From positions 1-51,561 of the IMG/VR virus record IMGVR_UViG_3300037245_001095: a stretch of 51,561 nucleotides of DNA, one strand, 5' to 3'. Below are positions 19,838 to 30,266 of this stretch, in pieces. Both the position numbers and the translations under genes were made by a program. Numbering within the stretch: the stretch's first letter is position 1; the number at the start of each line of letters is the position of its first letter. The notes beneath the pieces were generated by a model. It saw only the letters and a program-made list of their open reading frames with translations, ran no database searches and was not told the origin of the DNA. The stretch comes from a virus (lineage: Duplodnaviria > Caudoviricetes).

Positions 19838-20547
19838 TATTTCCCCTTACCACGTATCCATTTCATACCATTCTTTTCAGTTTTCTGCATCTCACGATAT
19901 TCACTAACTATAGTTAATGCTGTTACATCAATATCAACATTCTGTTTTTCTGTAAAAGTTCCCTGCAAAAACTCAGAAGGTCTTTTATTATATCGCTCAG
20001 CTAAGAATCCTACTTTTAAAAGTATATCTTTTGTTAATTTATTAATATCAGTTGCCTGCTGTTGTAATAAAATAGCTACAATATAACTTGTAAAATCTTC
20101 TGGTATTAAAAATGCTAATGCTAATTCATACCTTTCAAGTTGTTCTGTATATCTCTGTTTCTCAACCTCACTTACTAATTTTGGAATTAACTCTTTTATA
20201 TGTTCAATTATTTTCTTTGTATCATTATAAAAATCTTTTGCCATTAGCTCTTGTTCAAAAAATTCAAATGTTGGATGTACAAGAGCTAAACGTAAAAGAT
20301 TTTCATGTATGTTCTTTGTTGCCACCATATCTTCTATTGTAATATCTTTAATAGCTTCACCAGCTATAGCTGTGATTTCATTAAAATCACCGCATGATGT
20401 TACTGCAACACTATCTAATATTCTAATTGTTACTGGTATCTCAGCACCATTCCATGGTGCAACAACTACTACCTCTGTATTTACTGCAATAAACTGCTTA
20501 TAATCTTCTTCAGTCAGTAACTCAATTCTTGGTTTTAATTTCATCAT
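19837..20547 (-). CDS. tail assembly chaperone
   Basis: Between tail tube and tape measure; LAERYNKRPSEF motif typical of the chaperone T-part. Confidence 0.65.
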   Translation of the reverse strand: MMKLKPRIELLTEEDYKQFIAVNTEVVVVAPWNGAEIPVTIRILDSVAVTSCGDFNEITAIAGEAIKDITIEDMVATKNIHENLLRLALVHPTFEFFEQELMAKDFYNDTKKIIEHIKELIPKLVSEVEKQRYTEQLERYELALAFLIPEDFTSYIVAILLQQQATDINKLTKDILLKVGFLAERYNKRPSEFLQGTFTEKQNVDIDVTALTIVSEYREMQKTEKNGMKWIRGKGK

Positions 20548-20549
20548 AT

Positions 20550-20580
20550 TTAATAAGCAGGGAGTTATTAGCTCCCTGCT
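20550..20580 (-). terminator. hairpin after the major tail protein gene
   Basis: AGCAGGGAG-N7-CTCCCTGCT followed by an A/T run. Confidence 0.6.
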
Positions 20581-20587
20581 ATTTCCT

Positions 20588-21562
20588 TTAGCCTACAGTA
20601 ATACCAAGTGCATCAAATTGTGGCAATGTTAACGAATCTTCTGTATAACCTGTCACTTTAACTCCACCTTCAGTTATTTCACGAACACGAAGATTATAAA
20701 GATATGTGGCCCATGTCTTAACATCATCTGTTAAGTCACCTTCAATACCATTACAGTTATTAAGATTCAATCTCTTATAACCAGTCATGTTATTTCTCAG
20801 GTTAGAACCCTTACCATATTTTGCTTCATAAATTTCACCAGCGAAACCCGGTAAGTAAACCTGTGAACTATTAGGCGGTGTATAACGATTTTGAATATCA
20901 GTTAATGACTGATCATTTGTACCACCCTGAATAAGTTCTTTCAACTCCCAGAGTTCATCTGTGAGTGCCAATGCAGGATTAAGACCTTTCATTAAAGCTG
21001 CAACTGTCATTGTGATAGTACCACCATCACCTGACTCAACTTCAATTTCTTCAAAATCTTTAATCTCTTTTGGTAGACCAATAGCTCCCTGATTATTAAA
21101 ACAATCAATGAAGTGTGTTCCAAAACCAACGGCGTTTCCTGTGTAAGCACCGAGTTGTATTACTACAACAATATCTTCAACAAGACTCGGACCAAACTCA
21201 AGATAGGTTGCTGTATCTGCTGTTTCAACAATCAAAAGTCTACCAGTCTCTGAATCTTCAGAAGCTGTAAACACAACAGAAAAAGTAGCATCAAGATTAA
21301 GTCCAGTTACAATTTCTGCTACAGTTGCGGCAGCTGGAACTGCAATTGTCATTGCTGTAAAGTCTACAATAATCTCAATAAATACTCCCTGAGCATTAAG
21401 ACGATATGACATTGTTGCTGCAGATGTTAATGCCGATACATCAATTGTGCCAAGAAAACCTATCTGGCGATCTATAGCTGGATAAGTTCCATCAGGATTA
21501 AGTCTTCTCCAACGAGAACCTTCGACTGAAAAAGATGTTTTGCGGTCAAATGTGTAACCCAT
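20588..21562 (-). CDS. major tail tube protein
   Basis: 324 aa, acidic and beta-rich; canonical position; followed by a hairpin. Confidence 0.7.
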   Translation of the reverse strand: MGYTFDRKTSFSVEGSRWRRLNPDGTYPAIDRQIGFLGTIDVSALTSAATMSYRLNAQGVFIEIIVDFTAMTIAVPAAATVAEIVTGLNLDATFSVVFTASEDSETGRLLIVETADTATYLEFGPSLVEDIVVVIQLGAYTGNAVGFGTHFIDCFNNQGAIGLPKEIKDFEEIEVESGDGGTITMTVAALMKGLNPALALTDELWELKELIQGGTNDQSLTDIQNRYTPPNSSQVYLPGFAGEIYEAKYGKGSNLRNNMTGYKRLNLNNCNGIEGDLTDDVKTWATYLYNLRVREITEGGVKVTGYTEDSLTLPQFDALGITVG

Positions 21563-21744
21563 TATTTTTCCCCCTCATTATTTTCGTCCAGCTGATCTAC
21601 CTTAGGTTTTGCTTTACGCTTGCCATCTTTTTCAATCACTGGCTCTATATCTCCAAATGCTGGAAATAATTTTGTATTAAACTTAATTGACGAATCAGAT
21701 TCTGCCAATAAGTTACCATTTTTCATATAATATTTATACTTCAT
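21562..21744 (-). CDS. hypothetical protein
   Basis: TAATG-coupled ORF in the late operon. Confidence 0.6.
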   Translation of the reverse strand: MKYKYYMKNGNLLAESDSSIKFNTKLFPAFGDIEPVIEKDGKRKAKPKVDQLDENNEGEK

Positions 21745-22175
21745 TATAGGCCCCTCCTTGGCACAAAGATTCTTCTATATTTACTAATGCTACCATCATC
21801 ATTACCACCAGTGATACTTCTATCATCATTAGGTTCTGACATGATACTTAAATATGCAGTCACAAAGGTTTGAAAAGTGTAACCTTCATTGTCAGTAAGC
21901 CGTTTTCGATTTAACAATAATGGCAACTCATTTTCAATATAAGTATTCAATTCATTGATATATCCTGTTGGCCAATGAGCCTCAACTACAAAAGGCATTA
22001 CTGTATTATCTGTTAAATAATATGCGTCTACTGCATAATCATCATAGACAACAATATATGGCTCAAGATTATCATCAGTATTTCTACCATTTAAATATGT
22101 CTGATAATTTCCACGAGTATATATAGTAACTATTGAACCTGTTTTTAATTGGTCCATAATTGCTTTTAATATCAT
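21744..22175 (-). CDS. tail terminator-like protein
   Basis: Size, synteny and PYIVV motif. Confidence 0.6.
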   Translation of the reverse strand: MILKAIMDQLKTGSIVTIYTRGNYQTYLNGRNTDDNLEPYIVVYDDYAVDAYYLTDNTVMPFVVEAHWPTGYINELNTYIENELPLLLNRKRLTDNEGYTFQTFVTAYLSIMSEPNDDRSITGGNDDGSISKYRRIFVPRRGL

Positions 22176-22555
22176 GTAGTATCTCCATATAGACGTTTCA
22201 AGTCAGCTTCAATCATTGGTAAAAATCTATCAACCATTGCTGGGAAAGATGCGAACCTTCCGCCATAATCTTCTTCTAAATTTTTAGCATACCAAGTATC
22301 ATTTGCAAATGTGATACCCATTCTTGCTCCTGGTACTTGCCAAGCCTTTGCAAAAAAGCCTCGTACAGCTTCAAATGTATGATTCGTCCAAAACATACCT
22401 TTTGTTTCAGCAGAAGCACTTCCCTGTACTTGTATAAACCATTTCATAGCTTCTGCGGCATAATGTGCAAAAATATTATATGACTCTCGTTCATATTCAT
22501 CAAATGTTTTTGAAATACGTGTTACGACTGCAGCCATGCCTACTAACTTAAACAT
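22172..22555 (-). CDS. tail completion protein (HK97 gp10-like)
   Basis: WTNHT...YAKNLE motif; synteny. Confidence 0.6.
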   Translation of the reverse strand: MFKLVGMAAVVTRISKTFDEYERESYNIFAHYAAEAMKWFIQVQGSASAETKGMFWTNHTFEAVRGFFAKAWQVPGARMGITFANDTWYAKNLEEDYGGRFASFPAMVDRFLPMIEADLKRLYGDTT

Positions 22556-22743
22556 TATCCACCTAACTCTAATTGAATAAGAATATTTGAAGCAATACCT
22601 AATGCTTCTCTTTTTGGTATAAATAATGTATGTGCATGCATTGAACAGTCATTAGATAATACAACAGCAATCTTATCATTATCTTTGCCATCTTCAATAA
22701 CAACAGGTTCATCATCATCAATCATAATCAGTTCTTCAGCCAT
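22555..22743 (-). CDS. hypothetical protein
   Basis: Coupled small ORF in the neck module. Confidence 0.55.
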   Translation of the reverse strand: MAEELIMIDDDEPVVIEDGKDNDKIAVVLSNDCSMHAHTLFIPKREALGIASNILIQLELGG

Positions 22744-23143
22744 TGTAGTCTCCTATGTCTCTACTAGTAATTTGTTCAAGATCACATAATCTATATGTTA
22801 TTTCACCAAATATTCTTCTTTTTTCTGGTAATTTGGTTTTCCATTTTTCATCATTATATTGAAAAGTAATACCTTTCTTTAACCAGGTGGCATCCCATTG
22901 AACTAATAAATAATATACATCTTGATAATCATAAGGTGTTCTTGAACCAGTTACAATTGGGTCTGGTAACCTTCTACGACATACGCGACCTATACCCAAT
23001 ATTGTAGGAACTGCAGTCTGATCAATGTCAGGTACTTGAATACCATAACCATTATCTTTAGTTGGTCTTACTGGCGATGTTATAGTGATTTGATTCTCAC
23101 TAATATATTGTATCATAGTCTCGCGTATGATCAAATAACTCAT
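22736..23143 (-). CDS. head closure / stopper protein
   Basis: KDNGYG motif; size and synteny. Confidence 0.6.
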   Translation of the reverse strand: MSYLIIRETMIQYISENQITITSPVRPTKDNGYGIQVPDIDQTAVPTILGIGRVCRRRLPDPIVTGSRTPYDYQDVYYLLVQWDATWLKKGITFQYNDEKWKTKLPEKRRIFGEITYRLCDLEQITSRDIGDYNG

Positions 23144-23496
23144 CTTCCAAAAGCCTCTTCTACACCACCTACTGTAGCTTTACTTACTCTTATGGCACAG
23201 GAACCTTGACCTTTAATGTCATCACATCTTTGTGTATAAAGATTGGCAGCTCTCTGACAAGCTAATTGCATAGTTCCTGGTTCACTATATACAAACTTCT
23301 CTGCACCAGTATCAATCTTCAAAGTGCCCTTCATTGCTAAACCAGCTTTACCTAATAGCTCGTTCCATAATGCAGCTGCAGCACACTCAGCATATTGATA
23401 CTCGTCTAAATAATCTTGGAGCAATGTTTGATCACCAGCAGCCTGATAATATGGCTCCATAAATCTGGTTAATTGTTCTAATGAGTCAAATGCCAT
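23140..23496 (-). CDS. head-tail adaptor protein
   Basis: First gene after the capsid gene; helical, 118 aa. Confidence 0.6.
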   Translation of the reverse strand: MAFDSLEQLTRFMEPYYQAAGDQTLLQDYLDEYQYAECAAAALWNELLGKAGLAMKGTLKIDTGAEKFVYSEPGTMQLACQRAANLYTQRCDDIKGQGSCAIRVSKATVGGVEEAFGR

Positions 23497-23514
23497 GCTA
23501 CTTGCTCCTATTCT

Positions 23515-23550
23515 AAGAAGGTGATGCCCGTGGAATATTCAGGCACCACC
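23515..23550 (-). terminator. hairpin terminator after the major capsid gene
   Basis: On the - strand GGTGGTGCCTG-N9-CGGGCATCACC (11 bp with G:U pairs), then TTCTT. Confidence 0.6.
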
Positions 23551-23575
23551 AAAAATGACAATGGTTAAGCTAATC

Positions 23576-24790
23576 TTACCATGCGGAAAGTGTAGCTTTC
23601 TGGACGAAATTGGCAAGGCCAATATCATTATACATAGCTTCTGAAAAATACCATGCACGTTCTTCACGAGCCAGAGTTTTGACATCTGGAGTTTTATCAA
23701 TTTCCATAACAAGATTTCGCTTGATAGGAATTTTGAAATACCGGTTCGGTTTAATCAGATGGATAAAACCATTGGTTGCACCACCATAAGTGATGGTTTC
23801 GTTTGGCATATCAATAACTTCACCATCATATGCAATCAACCGAGTAATCTGACTCAGCGGACTGTATTTTTCAGGTGTTGAATTACCAAGACCACTCATC
23901 ACGTGTGCAATATGTCGGATATCTTGTGACGTACCAACACATACAAGGCCCTCAGCAACAATCTTTCGTTTGGTGATAGGATCAATTCTTTCACCTAAAC
24001 CATCAATTGTATCCATCAGAGTATTCATCAGTTTTTCCTGACGAAGTGTACCAACAGAAGAAGCTGCAGTCCATTTTGCAGTACCAACAGTACCATAATT
24101 AGCTGCAAAGATCGGAGCCATAGCAAGATCATCTTTCTTTGCTGAAAAACCAAGAGCAACACCCTCAGTCAATCTTGAAAGATCATAAGTACCATCAAAG
24201 AGAGCTGCAAGAAGAGTCCATACAAACCCAGCTGCGTATATCTTCATTGGTATTGTGTCATACTGACCACCGAGATTCTGGCCTAATCTTACTGACTGAC
24301 CTTCGCCGTTGTTTTCTTCAAACACTACGCCATAAGGAAAGAGTTCAGAAGGTCGAACATCTTTAGTTGCATTCGGCATCTGTAGTTCGCTATAAATGAA
24401 CTGCCGAACGGTTGGATTTGCTGCTTTTCTGATGGTAAGATCAAGTCTTATCGCATCAAATAAATCAGACCAATTATCATTCAGTGTGTTCCCTGTTGAG
24501 AAAACACCCTTTCTAATTCTATCATTGATAGAACCACGTTTGCCAAAAACATAATCAAGACCACTCTCATACTTACCTGAGAGAACAATTGATCGCATCT
24601 TGCCGAGACGTGTTGCACCATTGATTGCACTTACCATGCTATCATCTAATGGTATACCCATCTTTGGAATATTTGCACCAAATGCTGATTCAACAACATC
24701 AACAGGATTTCTGACAACGACTTTTTTACCATCGAGCATTTTCTCTTCAAACTGAAGTTTCAGGATTGCTCTGGATACCATTAAGTCCAT
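23576..24790 (-). CDS. major capsid protein (HK97-fold, inferred)
   Basis: 404 aa, AGGAGG RBS, raised GC, downstream terminator, synteny after protease and cement genes. Confidence 0.85.
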   Translation of the reverse strand: MDLMVSRAILKLQFEEKMLDGKKVVVRNPVDVVESAFGANIPKMGIPLDDSMVSAINGATRLGKMRSIVLSGKYESGLDYVFGKRGSINDRIRKGVFSTGNTLNDNWSDLFDAIRLDLTIRKAANPTVRQFIYSELQMPNATKDVRPSELFPYGVVFEENNGEGQSVRLGQNLGGQYDTIPMKIYAAGFVWTLLAALFDGTYDLSRLTEGVALGFSAKKDDLAMAPIFAANYGTVGTAKWTAASSVGTLRQEKLMNTLMDTIDGLGERIDPITKRKIVAEGLVCVGTSQDIRHIAHVMSGLGNSTPEKYSPLSQITRLIAYDGEVIDMPNETITYGGATNGFIHLIKPNRYFKIPIKRNLVMEIDKTPDVKTLAREERAWYFSEAMYNDIGLANFVQKATLSAW

Positions 24791-24804
24791 CTAATACCCT
24801 CCTA

Positions 24805-25206
24805 TTAGGTTACTACTAAGCCAGTAGCGTTTAGATTCTGTTTATAAGGTCGAAACCCTACAGACACACCATTGTTGACAACAGTACAAGTGCCAACTGC
24901 AACATTACCAGAAGCACCTGTTACTTCCAGTACTTTATTTACTGTATGGAAATATACAGGGTCACCAAGAACAAAGGTATCACCAGTATCAATCTGATTG
25001 GTGTTTATTTCCCTCTCAGAATCGAGATTGATGAGGCCTACTGCACCATTTGCGATGCCATCGAAAGTTCGTACTTCACCAAACATTGCTGCGATCAGGA
25101 CGAGCTCAAGATGTTCTACATCATAACCGAGATCATTAGTTACCTCGATCTGCTTTAAACTCATATAACTTTCTTCAAAGTTATAATTAGGTTTAGCTTC
25201 AGTCAT
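24805..25206 (-). CDS. capsid cement/decoration protein (DUF2190-like)
   Basis: IANGAVGLI...FVLGDPVYF...GNVAVG motif; directly upstream of the capsid gene. Confidence 0.65.
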   Translation of the reverse strand: MTEAKPNYNFEESYMSLKQIEVTNDLGYDVEHLELVLIAAMFGEVRTFDGIANGAVGLINLDSEREINTNQIDTGDTFVLGDPVYFHTVNKVLEVTGASGNVAVGTCTVVNNGVSVGFRPYKQNLNATGLVVT

Positions 25207-25209
25207 CTG

Positions 25210-26343
25210 TTAACCCTCCATTGTAGTTGATTCAGTTTCGGAATTAATTTCCTGTTCAGAACCACTTGGCACGAAATTCATCGCACCGGCAACTTTGCCC
25301 TGAATTGACTTGAACACTTTCATGCCAGCAACTCTTTCGACTTCAGCATCAATAGCTTCAGTATTACCTTCTTTTAATACGAAAAGAGGTGTTGCAATTT
25401 CAATAAGCACGTCTGTTTCAAACTTGCCTTTAATTGCACTTTCTTTTAATACAATAAATGCATCCTCTTTATCCTTGACAGTTCCGGCAACAAATTCTGT
25501 TATGTTACCAACTGTACTTTCTGCGTCATTAAGCCGCTTGAGTGCAACTTTCTGCTTTGAAGTCATCACGTCGATACCCAGTCCGCTGGCTACTTCTGAA
25601 AGCGCCAAACGCCCGGAATCAATCAGATTTTTCAAAGTAAGCATTTGTTCTGCACTTGTGGCTACTAATGTTTTTTCACCCATCTGCTCTTCTCCCTTTT
25701 TGTCGTTTTCACCAGCATCAGCTTTAAACGACGTTAATATTATTGCTGCATCAGAACCTACCTGATCGGCTTCAACAAGCGCGTTGCTTTGGGCCTTCAA
25801 AGATTCAAATGCAAAATATGTTACTTCACCAGTATCCTGATCTACTTCAGTTTTATACTTCATATAATCAGAAGTGGATGTGCTCAACATTCCAGCTTTT
25901 ATTTCTTTAGCAGTCTGCTCTGCGAGTGCTTTCTGAGATTCAGTTATACCTTGTAACATTGTATTACGCAAGTAGAGCACATCGTTTTGTACTAAACCGC
26001 CTACAATGTATCCATCAGGTAAAGCTCGCATCTTATAACCAACACCTTGATCAGCATGACCAGGAATAAACATTGGCTTTGGCACTGCTTTAACTGCCTT
26101 AACAAATGATTTCGCCCACTCTTCTGTGAGTACTACTTTTGTCCAAGGATCTGGCATTGCGGGATGATCTTCACCAAGTTCAACTATGTTTACAAACTCA
26201 TAACCATTCGCTTCACCTACAAGATTCTTATAAGCAGCATTATTGCCAATAGGCACATCTTCAACTTTGGTGAGTACTGAGTCTTTAAAGTTTGAAACTA
26301 TACGTGATTTTAAAATCATTTGTGTTTCTTTTAACTCACCCAT
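25210..26343 (-). CDS. prohead protease-scaffold protein
   Basis: FIPGH...LSTS...SNALVE protease-like N-half, helical C-half; synteny. Confidence 0.65.
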   Translation of the reverse strand: MGELKETQMILKSRIVSNFKDSVLTKVEDVPIGNNAAYKNLVGEANGYEFVNIVELGEDHPAMPDPWTKVVLTEEWAKSFVKAVKAVPKPMFIPGHADQGVGYKMRALPDGYIVGGLVQNDVLYLRNTMLQGITESQKALAEQTAKEIKAGMLSTSTSDYMKYKTEVDQDTGEVTYFAFESLKAQSNALVEADQVGSDAAIILTSFKADAGENDKKGEEQMGEKTLVATSAEQMLTLKNLIDSGRLALSEVASGLGIDVMTSKQKVALKRLNDAESTVGNITEFVAGTVKDKEDAFIVLKESAIKGKFETDVLIEIATPLFVLKEGNTEAIDAEVERVAGMKVFKSIQGKVAGAMNFVPSGSEQEINSETESTTMEG

Positions 26344-26686
26344 TAACCATCCTCCTTATCAATTCGTTCTGTGCATTTATAATAGTTGTCTGAACTATTC
26401 TAAACCATACAATTATATTAAAGAACCATCTTGGCTCATATAGTATCAAGATATTCTCAGGTACCGTTTTACGGGCCACTGGTCCTAATTGATTAACACC
26501 AAACTTTCTTATATATTTTCTTAACTTTATACGATAAGCATCACGCTCGCGCCAGAAAGTCAGAACTTTCTTAAGCTCACTCTTCAGTATCGTCCGGTTC
26601 AGCTTCAGACCCGCTATCTGCTCCTTCGTTATTGGCTTCTTGTTTACGAGAATTATTTTCCTTAGTCTCTTGCTTCTTAATCTCAC
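26336..26686 (-). CDS. highly basic hypothetical protein overlapping the portal 3' end
   Basis: GTG start 9 nt after AGGAGG; fills the gap between portal and protease genes. Confidence 0.6.
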   Translation of the reverse strand: MRLRSKRLRKIILVNKKPITKEQIAGLKLNRTILKSELKKVLTFWRERDAYRIKLRKYIRKFGVNQLGPVARKTVPENILILYEPRWFFNIIVWFRIVQTTIINAQNELIRRMVNG

Positions 26687-28022
26687 TATCTTTTACCTCC
26701 TGATGTTTTATAAATGTCTCAGCCATTTCAAAAACATCCAATTCAACTAATGTATTATATATTTCTTCATTTGTTACATACTTACCCATTTTCTCAAATG
26801 CCTTAGCAAATGCTTCAACTATCTCAGACTGTTCCTTGACACTGGCAAAGTTTGGTTTTGGCCATTGCATTGTAATATCTGCTTTTAAATTTTTAAGATT
26901 AACAAAGTTATATATCATGATTATAATATCATATACATCAAGCCATGGTTGTGTTCTTTCTTGCTGTTTAGCTTCAATCTTCTTAATCCAAACAGGTCTG
27001 TATTCTTTAACTGATGCTAATGAAGTTCCAATATTAGCACCAAAGTTAATCTCAGGGGTCTCTGAACCCTCAACAATATTTGTGAAAGCTGTTTCTGATA
27101 TACTATTAAAATCACCAGTGGTCTTGTTCAAGTACAGATAAGCAACATCATCATCCAGACCGTTAATAAACAAATCACGATCAGCCATTGATATTGAGCC
27201 CTTGCCTGCTGTTATATTGGCATATGTCCCGGAACCAAAGTTATTATCAACCCATTGTGCAGGTTTTGCAGTTGTAACCTTTAATTTAGGATGCCCATCA
27301 CGACTCTGTGCAGCTCCTGCTTCATATGTTAATTCATGATAGAACTTTAATTGAGGCTCAATACTTTCAATGTCAGAATGCCCATACAGATCGCCAATAT
27401 CACGATCATTACTAAAATGTACGATAGGCAAAATACCAAAGGGGTTACGCATCTTTTTAATTTCACTTTTACTACCTTCTATGGTCATAATCATTATATC
27501 TTTAGTAATGATATACGTAATTGTTATAGTCTGATTTGCTTCTGTTGGTGTATCATAGTTCACTGTTTCAACAAGCTTATAACCAAGTATTTTCTTAGTT
27601 ATAGGATCAATGAATATCTGATTTACAACATCAATAGGAATATGTACAAGTTTAATAACTTGATCTTCATCATCCCACTGAGGCCAAACAAAAATATCAC
27701 CTTCAATGTCCATTGACTTGTGAACTTTTCTATAGTCTATTTTTACATCATCAATTACACTAATCACTTTTTTATTATCAAACAATGTTGGCATACCAAT
27801 AAAGTTTGCATTATTATTTATAATTGGTTTAACAAGATGAGCTGCCAATGTATAATACTTATTTGTATTATGATACAATTGTCTTGCTAAAGTTCGATCT
27901 GTTTTTATTGGATTGCTATAATCCTTCTCACCTTGTGTTTCACCTTGTACAACTAACGTGACATTCTGTTGCTGTGCATTTGAACCAAATAATTTACCAA
28001 GCCATTCTGTTACACTCGCCAT
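26577..28022 (-). CDS. portal protein (SPP1 gp6-like)
   Basis: NPFGILPIVHFSN...YGHSDIE motif; follows the terminase. Confidence 0.9.
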   Translation of the reverse strand: MASVTEWLGKLFGSNAQQQNVTLVVQGETQGEKDYSNPIKTDRTLARQLYHNTNKYYTLAAHLVKPIINNNANFIGMPTLFDNKKVISVIDDVKIDYRKVHKSMDIEGDIFVWPQWDDEDQVIKLVHIPIDVVNQIFIDPITKKILGYKLVETVNYDTPTEANQTITITYIITKDIMIMTIEGSKSEIKKMRNPFGILPIVHFSNDRDIGDLYGHSDIESIEPQLKFYHELTYEAGAAQSRDGHPKLKVTTAKPAQWVDNNFGSGTYANITAGKGSISMADRDLFINGLDDDVAYLYLNKTTGDFNSISETAFTNIVEGSETPEINFGANIGTSLASVKEYRPVWIKKIEAKQQERTQPWLDVYDIIIMIYNFVNLKNLKADITMQWPKPNFASVKEQSEIVEAFAKAFEKMGKYVTNEEIYNTLVELDVFEMAETFIKHQEVKDSEIKKQETKENNSRKQEANNEGADSGSEAEPDDTEE

Positions 28023-29314
28023 TATCTACCACCATATGCTGACATGCCCTGTGCTAAACCTGGTACTGAAATTGTACCCTCTGGTTCATAATAACACAGA
28101 ACTAATCCATCAGCTCTATCAGGAGACTTATGTAATGCATGTGTGTGTAATGCAAATTCTTTTTTAGGTTCCAATTTCATTACTTCATAGCCTCGTTTTC
28201 CATTTATATAGCCATACTTTCTTGTATAAAGTTGTATAGCTAATTCTTCATCTATTGGTATATCTGCAAATTCAAGCTTTTCTTTCATCTCGAAGTACAT
28301 TTCAGTTACAACATCTTCATAATGCTTTTTATCTTTTGGAGTCCCACCAAAATTAATTCTGAATACATTATAACCATCATCTTCTGCAAGGTCAGCTACT
28401 GCTGAACCAAGATGCCCATTATCAATATTTATAAGACTATTCTTAGTTGCGAATGTCTTCAAATCTCTTAATGTTTCAACTGCACCCTGATACCGTGCTG
28501 TGTAATAATCAACAGTCTTCATATCAATACGCTTGTAGAAAGTTATTTCATCTCCACCTTGATGCGCAATATCTGCACCAATTATCGGTACACTTGGCCT
28601 GGGCCGCTTGATGATTCTTTGCTGTGCACCTTCAACAAGTTCTGCAGGACAAACAAATGTTTCATTGGCGTCTGCAAGTACACCTTCCCAGATATGATCG
28701 GCACGGTTCACATCCCTTTTATAGTCAGCGTCTTTCTCTTGCATCAATGACTTTGGAAACCAAGGATTATCCTCCCAGTTTAAAAATAAGACTTCTGCAC
28801 CATCATCTGTGTTTCTGATATAGTCCACGTATACCGGGTCACTGGAATAGCGAGGATTAAAATCCCACCAGAATACTGCAGTCTCCTTTCTAATCGTTGG
28901 TCTCAATATATCAATTGACTGTCTAGATATTGACTGTGCCTCAGCCACCCAACATCTATCTGCACCTTCAAGTGACTTAATACTGTCACTGTTATGCTCA
29001 TGCAAACCGGCGAATACAAATTTCGTGCCATTAAGGCCACGAATCTCAGTCTTCGTAACCTTATAAAAATAACCCCAGCCAAACAATTTAATTGTGTCGA
29101 CAAGCAATTTCTGTACTGAGTACTGAATTGACTTCTGGACTTCACGGACACAAACAATAAAAAGTTCTTCTGACATTCCTTCTAATAATAATATTCTTGC
29201 GATGGACCAAGAGGCTCCTTTACCACGACCACCATAAACAATACGATGTCGTTTATCGCAACCAATAACAAGACGTGTATGTATCTTCTGAATAATTTTT
29301 ACTGTTTGTTTCAC
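28022..29314 (-). CDS. terL: terminase large subunit (PBSX-like)
   Basis: YGGRGKGAS Walker A, CVREVQKSI, SIKSLEG, WVAEAQ, FNP; nuclease GADIAHQGGD and SPDRADG. Confidence 0.95.
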   Translation of the reverse strand: MKQTVKIIQKIHTRLVIGCDKRHRIVYGGRGKGASWSIARILLLEGMSEELFIVCVREVQKSIQYSVQKLLVDTIKLFGWGYFYKVTKTEIRGLNGTKFVFAGLHEHNSDSIKSLEGADRCWVAEAQSISRQSIDILRPTIRKETAVFWWDFNPRYSSDPVYVDYIRNTDDGAEVLFLNWEDNPWFPKSLMQEKDADYKRDVNRADHIWEGVLADANETFVCPAELVEGAQQRIIKRPRPSVPIIGADIAHQGGDEITFYKRIDMKTVDYYTARYQGAVETLRDLKTFATKNSLINIDNGHLGSAVADLAEDDGYNVFRINFGGTPKDKKHYEDVVTEMYFEMKEKLEFADIPIDEELAIQLYTRKYGYINGKRGYEVMKLEPKKEFALHTHALHKSPDRADGLVLCYYEPEGTISVPGLAQGMSAYGGR

Positions 29315-29676
29315 TTCTCGTCCTTGTCAAAATCACGACCTTCACCTTCTAAGTTAATAGTATCAGGCACGGGTGATTTCTCACCTTTGTCTGTATTCTT
29401 GAACTTCTCTGGCCATAACAAAGCACCAAGATCCATTGCTCCTTTATGAGCTATTCGTTGGTCGTTATCTCCCATACTTGTTACTACAGTTGATATGATA
29501 TCTTCTCTTATTTCAGCATCTTCATAATTGACCCGGAACATGAATGACGTGTCACGTAATAATAGAGCTTTTTCATCAGAAGTTAAGTCAGCTTTCATCA
29601 TAGCAATATCAAGATCATATGATCTCTTATAATGCATAATGACTTCTTCTTTCTTTTCGTCTAAAGGCTTCTGCAC
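29311..29676 (-). CDS. terminase small subunit (by position)
   Basis: GTG start after AGGGG; helical; WPEKF motif; overlaps the terL start. Confidence 0.65.
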   Translation of the reverse strand: MQKPLDEKKEEVIMHYKRSYDLDIAMMKADLTSDEKALLLRDTSFMFRVNYEDAEIREDIISTVVTSMGDNDQRIAHKGAMDLGALLWPEKFKNTDKGEKSPVPDTINLEGEGRDFDKDEK

Positions 29677-29732
29677 GTCACGTCCCCTATTTAAAGCTAT
29701 CTGAATCTATAAAAATAGACTCCTCCATAATC

Positions 29733-29761
29733 ATTATAATTCAGCATAAGTCATATGTCAA
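29733..29761 (-). promoter_or_regulatory. consensus sigma70 promoter for the late operon
   Basis: On the - strand TTGACA (29761-29756), 17-bp spacer, TATAAT (29738-29733). Confidence 0.85.
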
Positions 29762-29871
29762 GAGAATATATCATTTTTTCTATATATTAGGTTTAATAGA
29801 TTATTATATATAGCATATCTGAATGGCAGATGTCTAAAATGTCTAAAATGGATTAAAAATCAATCTTCATA

Positions 29872-29956
29872 TCGTCAATGACTGTCAATGATTCGATTTT
29901 CAGTGGTGTATCTATATCCCTGATATAGGGATACTTTAGTCGTCAATGACGATTGA
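29872..29956. repeat. dispersed element copy 3, upstream of the late promoter
   Basis: Boxes at 29872 and 29940; hairpin TATCCCT-GATAT-AGGGATA at 29915-29933. Confidence 0.85.
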
Positions 29957-30266
29957 TCTTTTAGATGAATAAATCTGGGATTTATCTGGTAAATGTGAGA
30001 AATATTGAGGTTTAAGTGGTTTTTAACTAGTTTTAAGGGATATTTGAAACATTATATATGATACAGATTGCATGACCCTGGTCACTTGCCCGACACCATC
30101 ATGGGATATTTTTAGGACATGCGACGTATCTGAATCATAAAACTCAAAATGCACCATAGAGATAGAAGGCTATATAAGGCCCGGGCTATATAGACTTTTC
30201 CGAATATACCTGATGATATATATTTCTTTACTTGAATATATAAATAATTATATATATAAATTATTC

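Noticed and set aside
17604-20503. Antisense ORFs within the tape measure and chaperone genes (and similar shadows elsewhere, e.g. 25310..25765, 4789..5235)
   Set aside because: They lie opposite well-supported genes, lack RBSs and reflect codon bias of the sense strand.
19837-20547. Programmed -1 frameshift in the tail chaperone
   Set aside because: A single ORF spans the whole interval from tail tube to tape measure; no second frame is needed.
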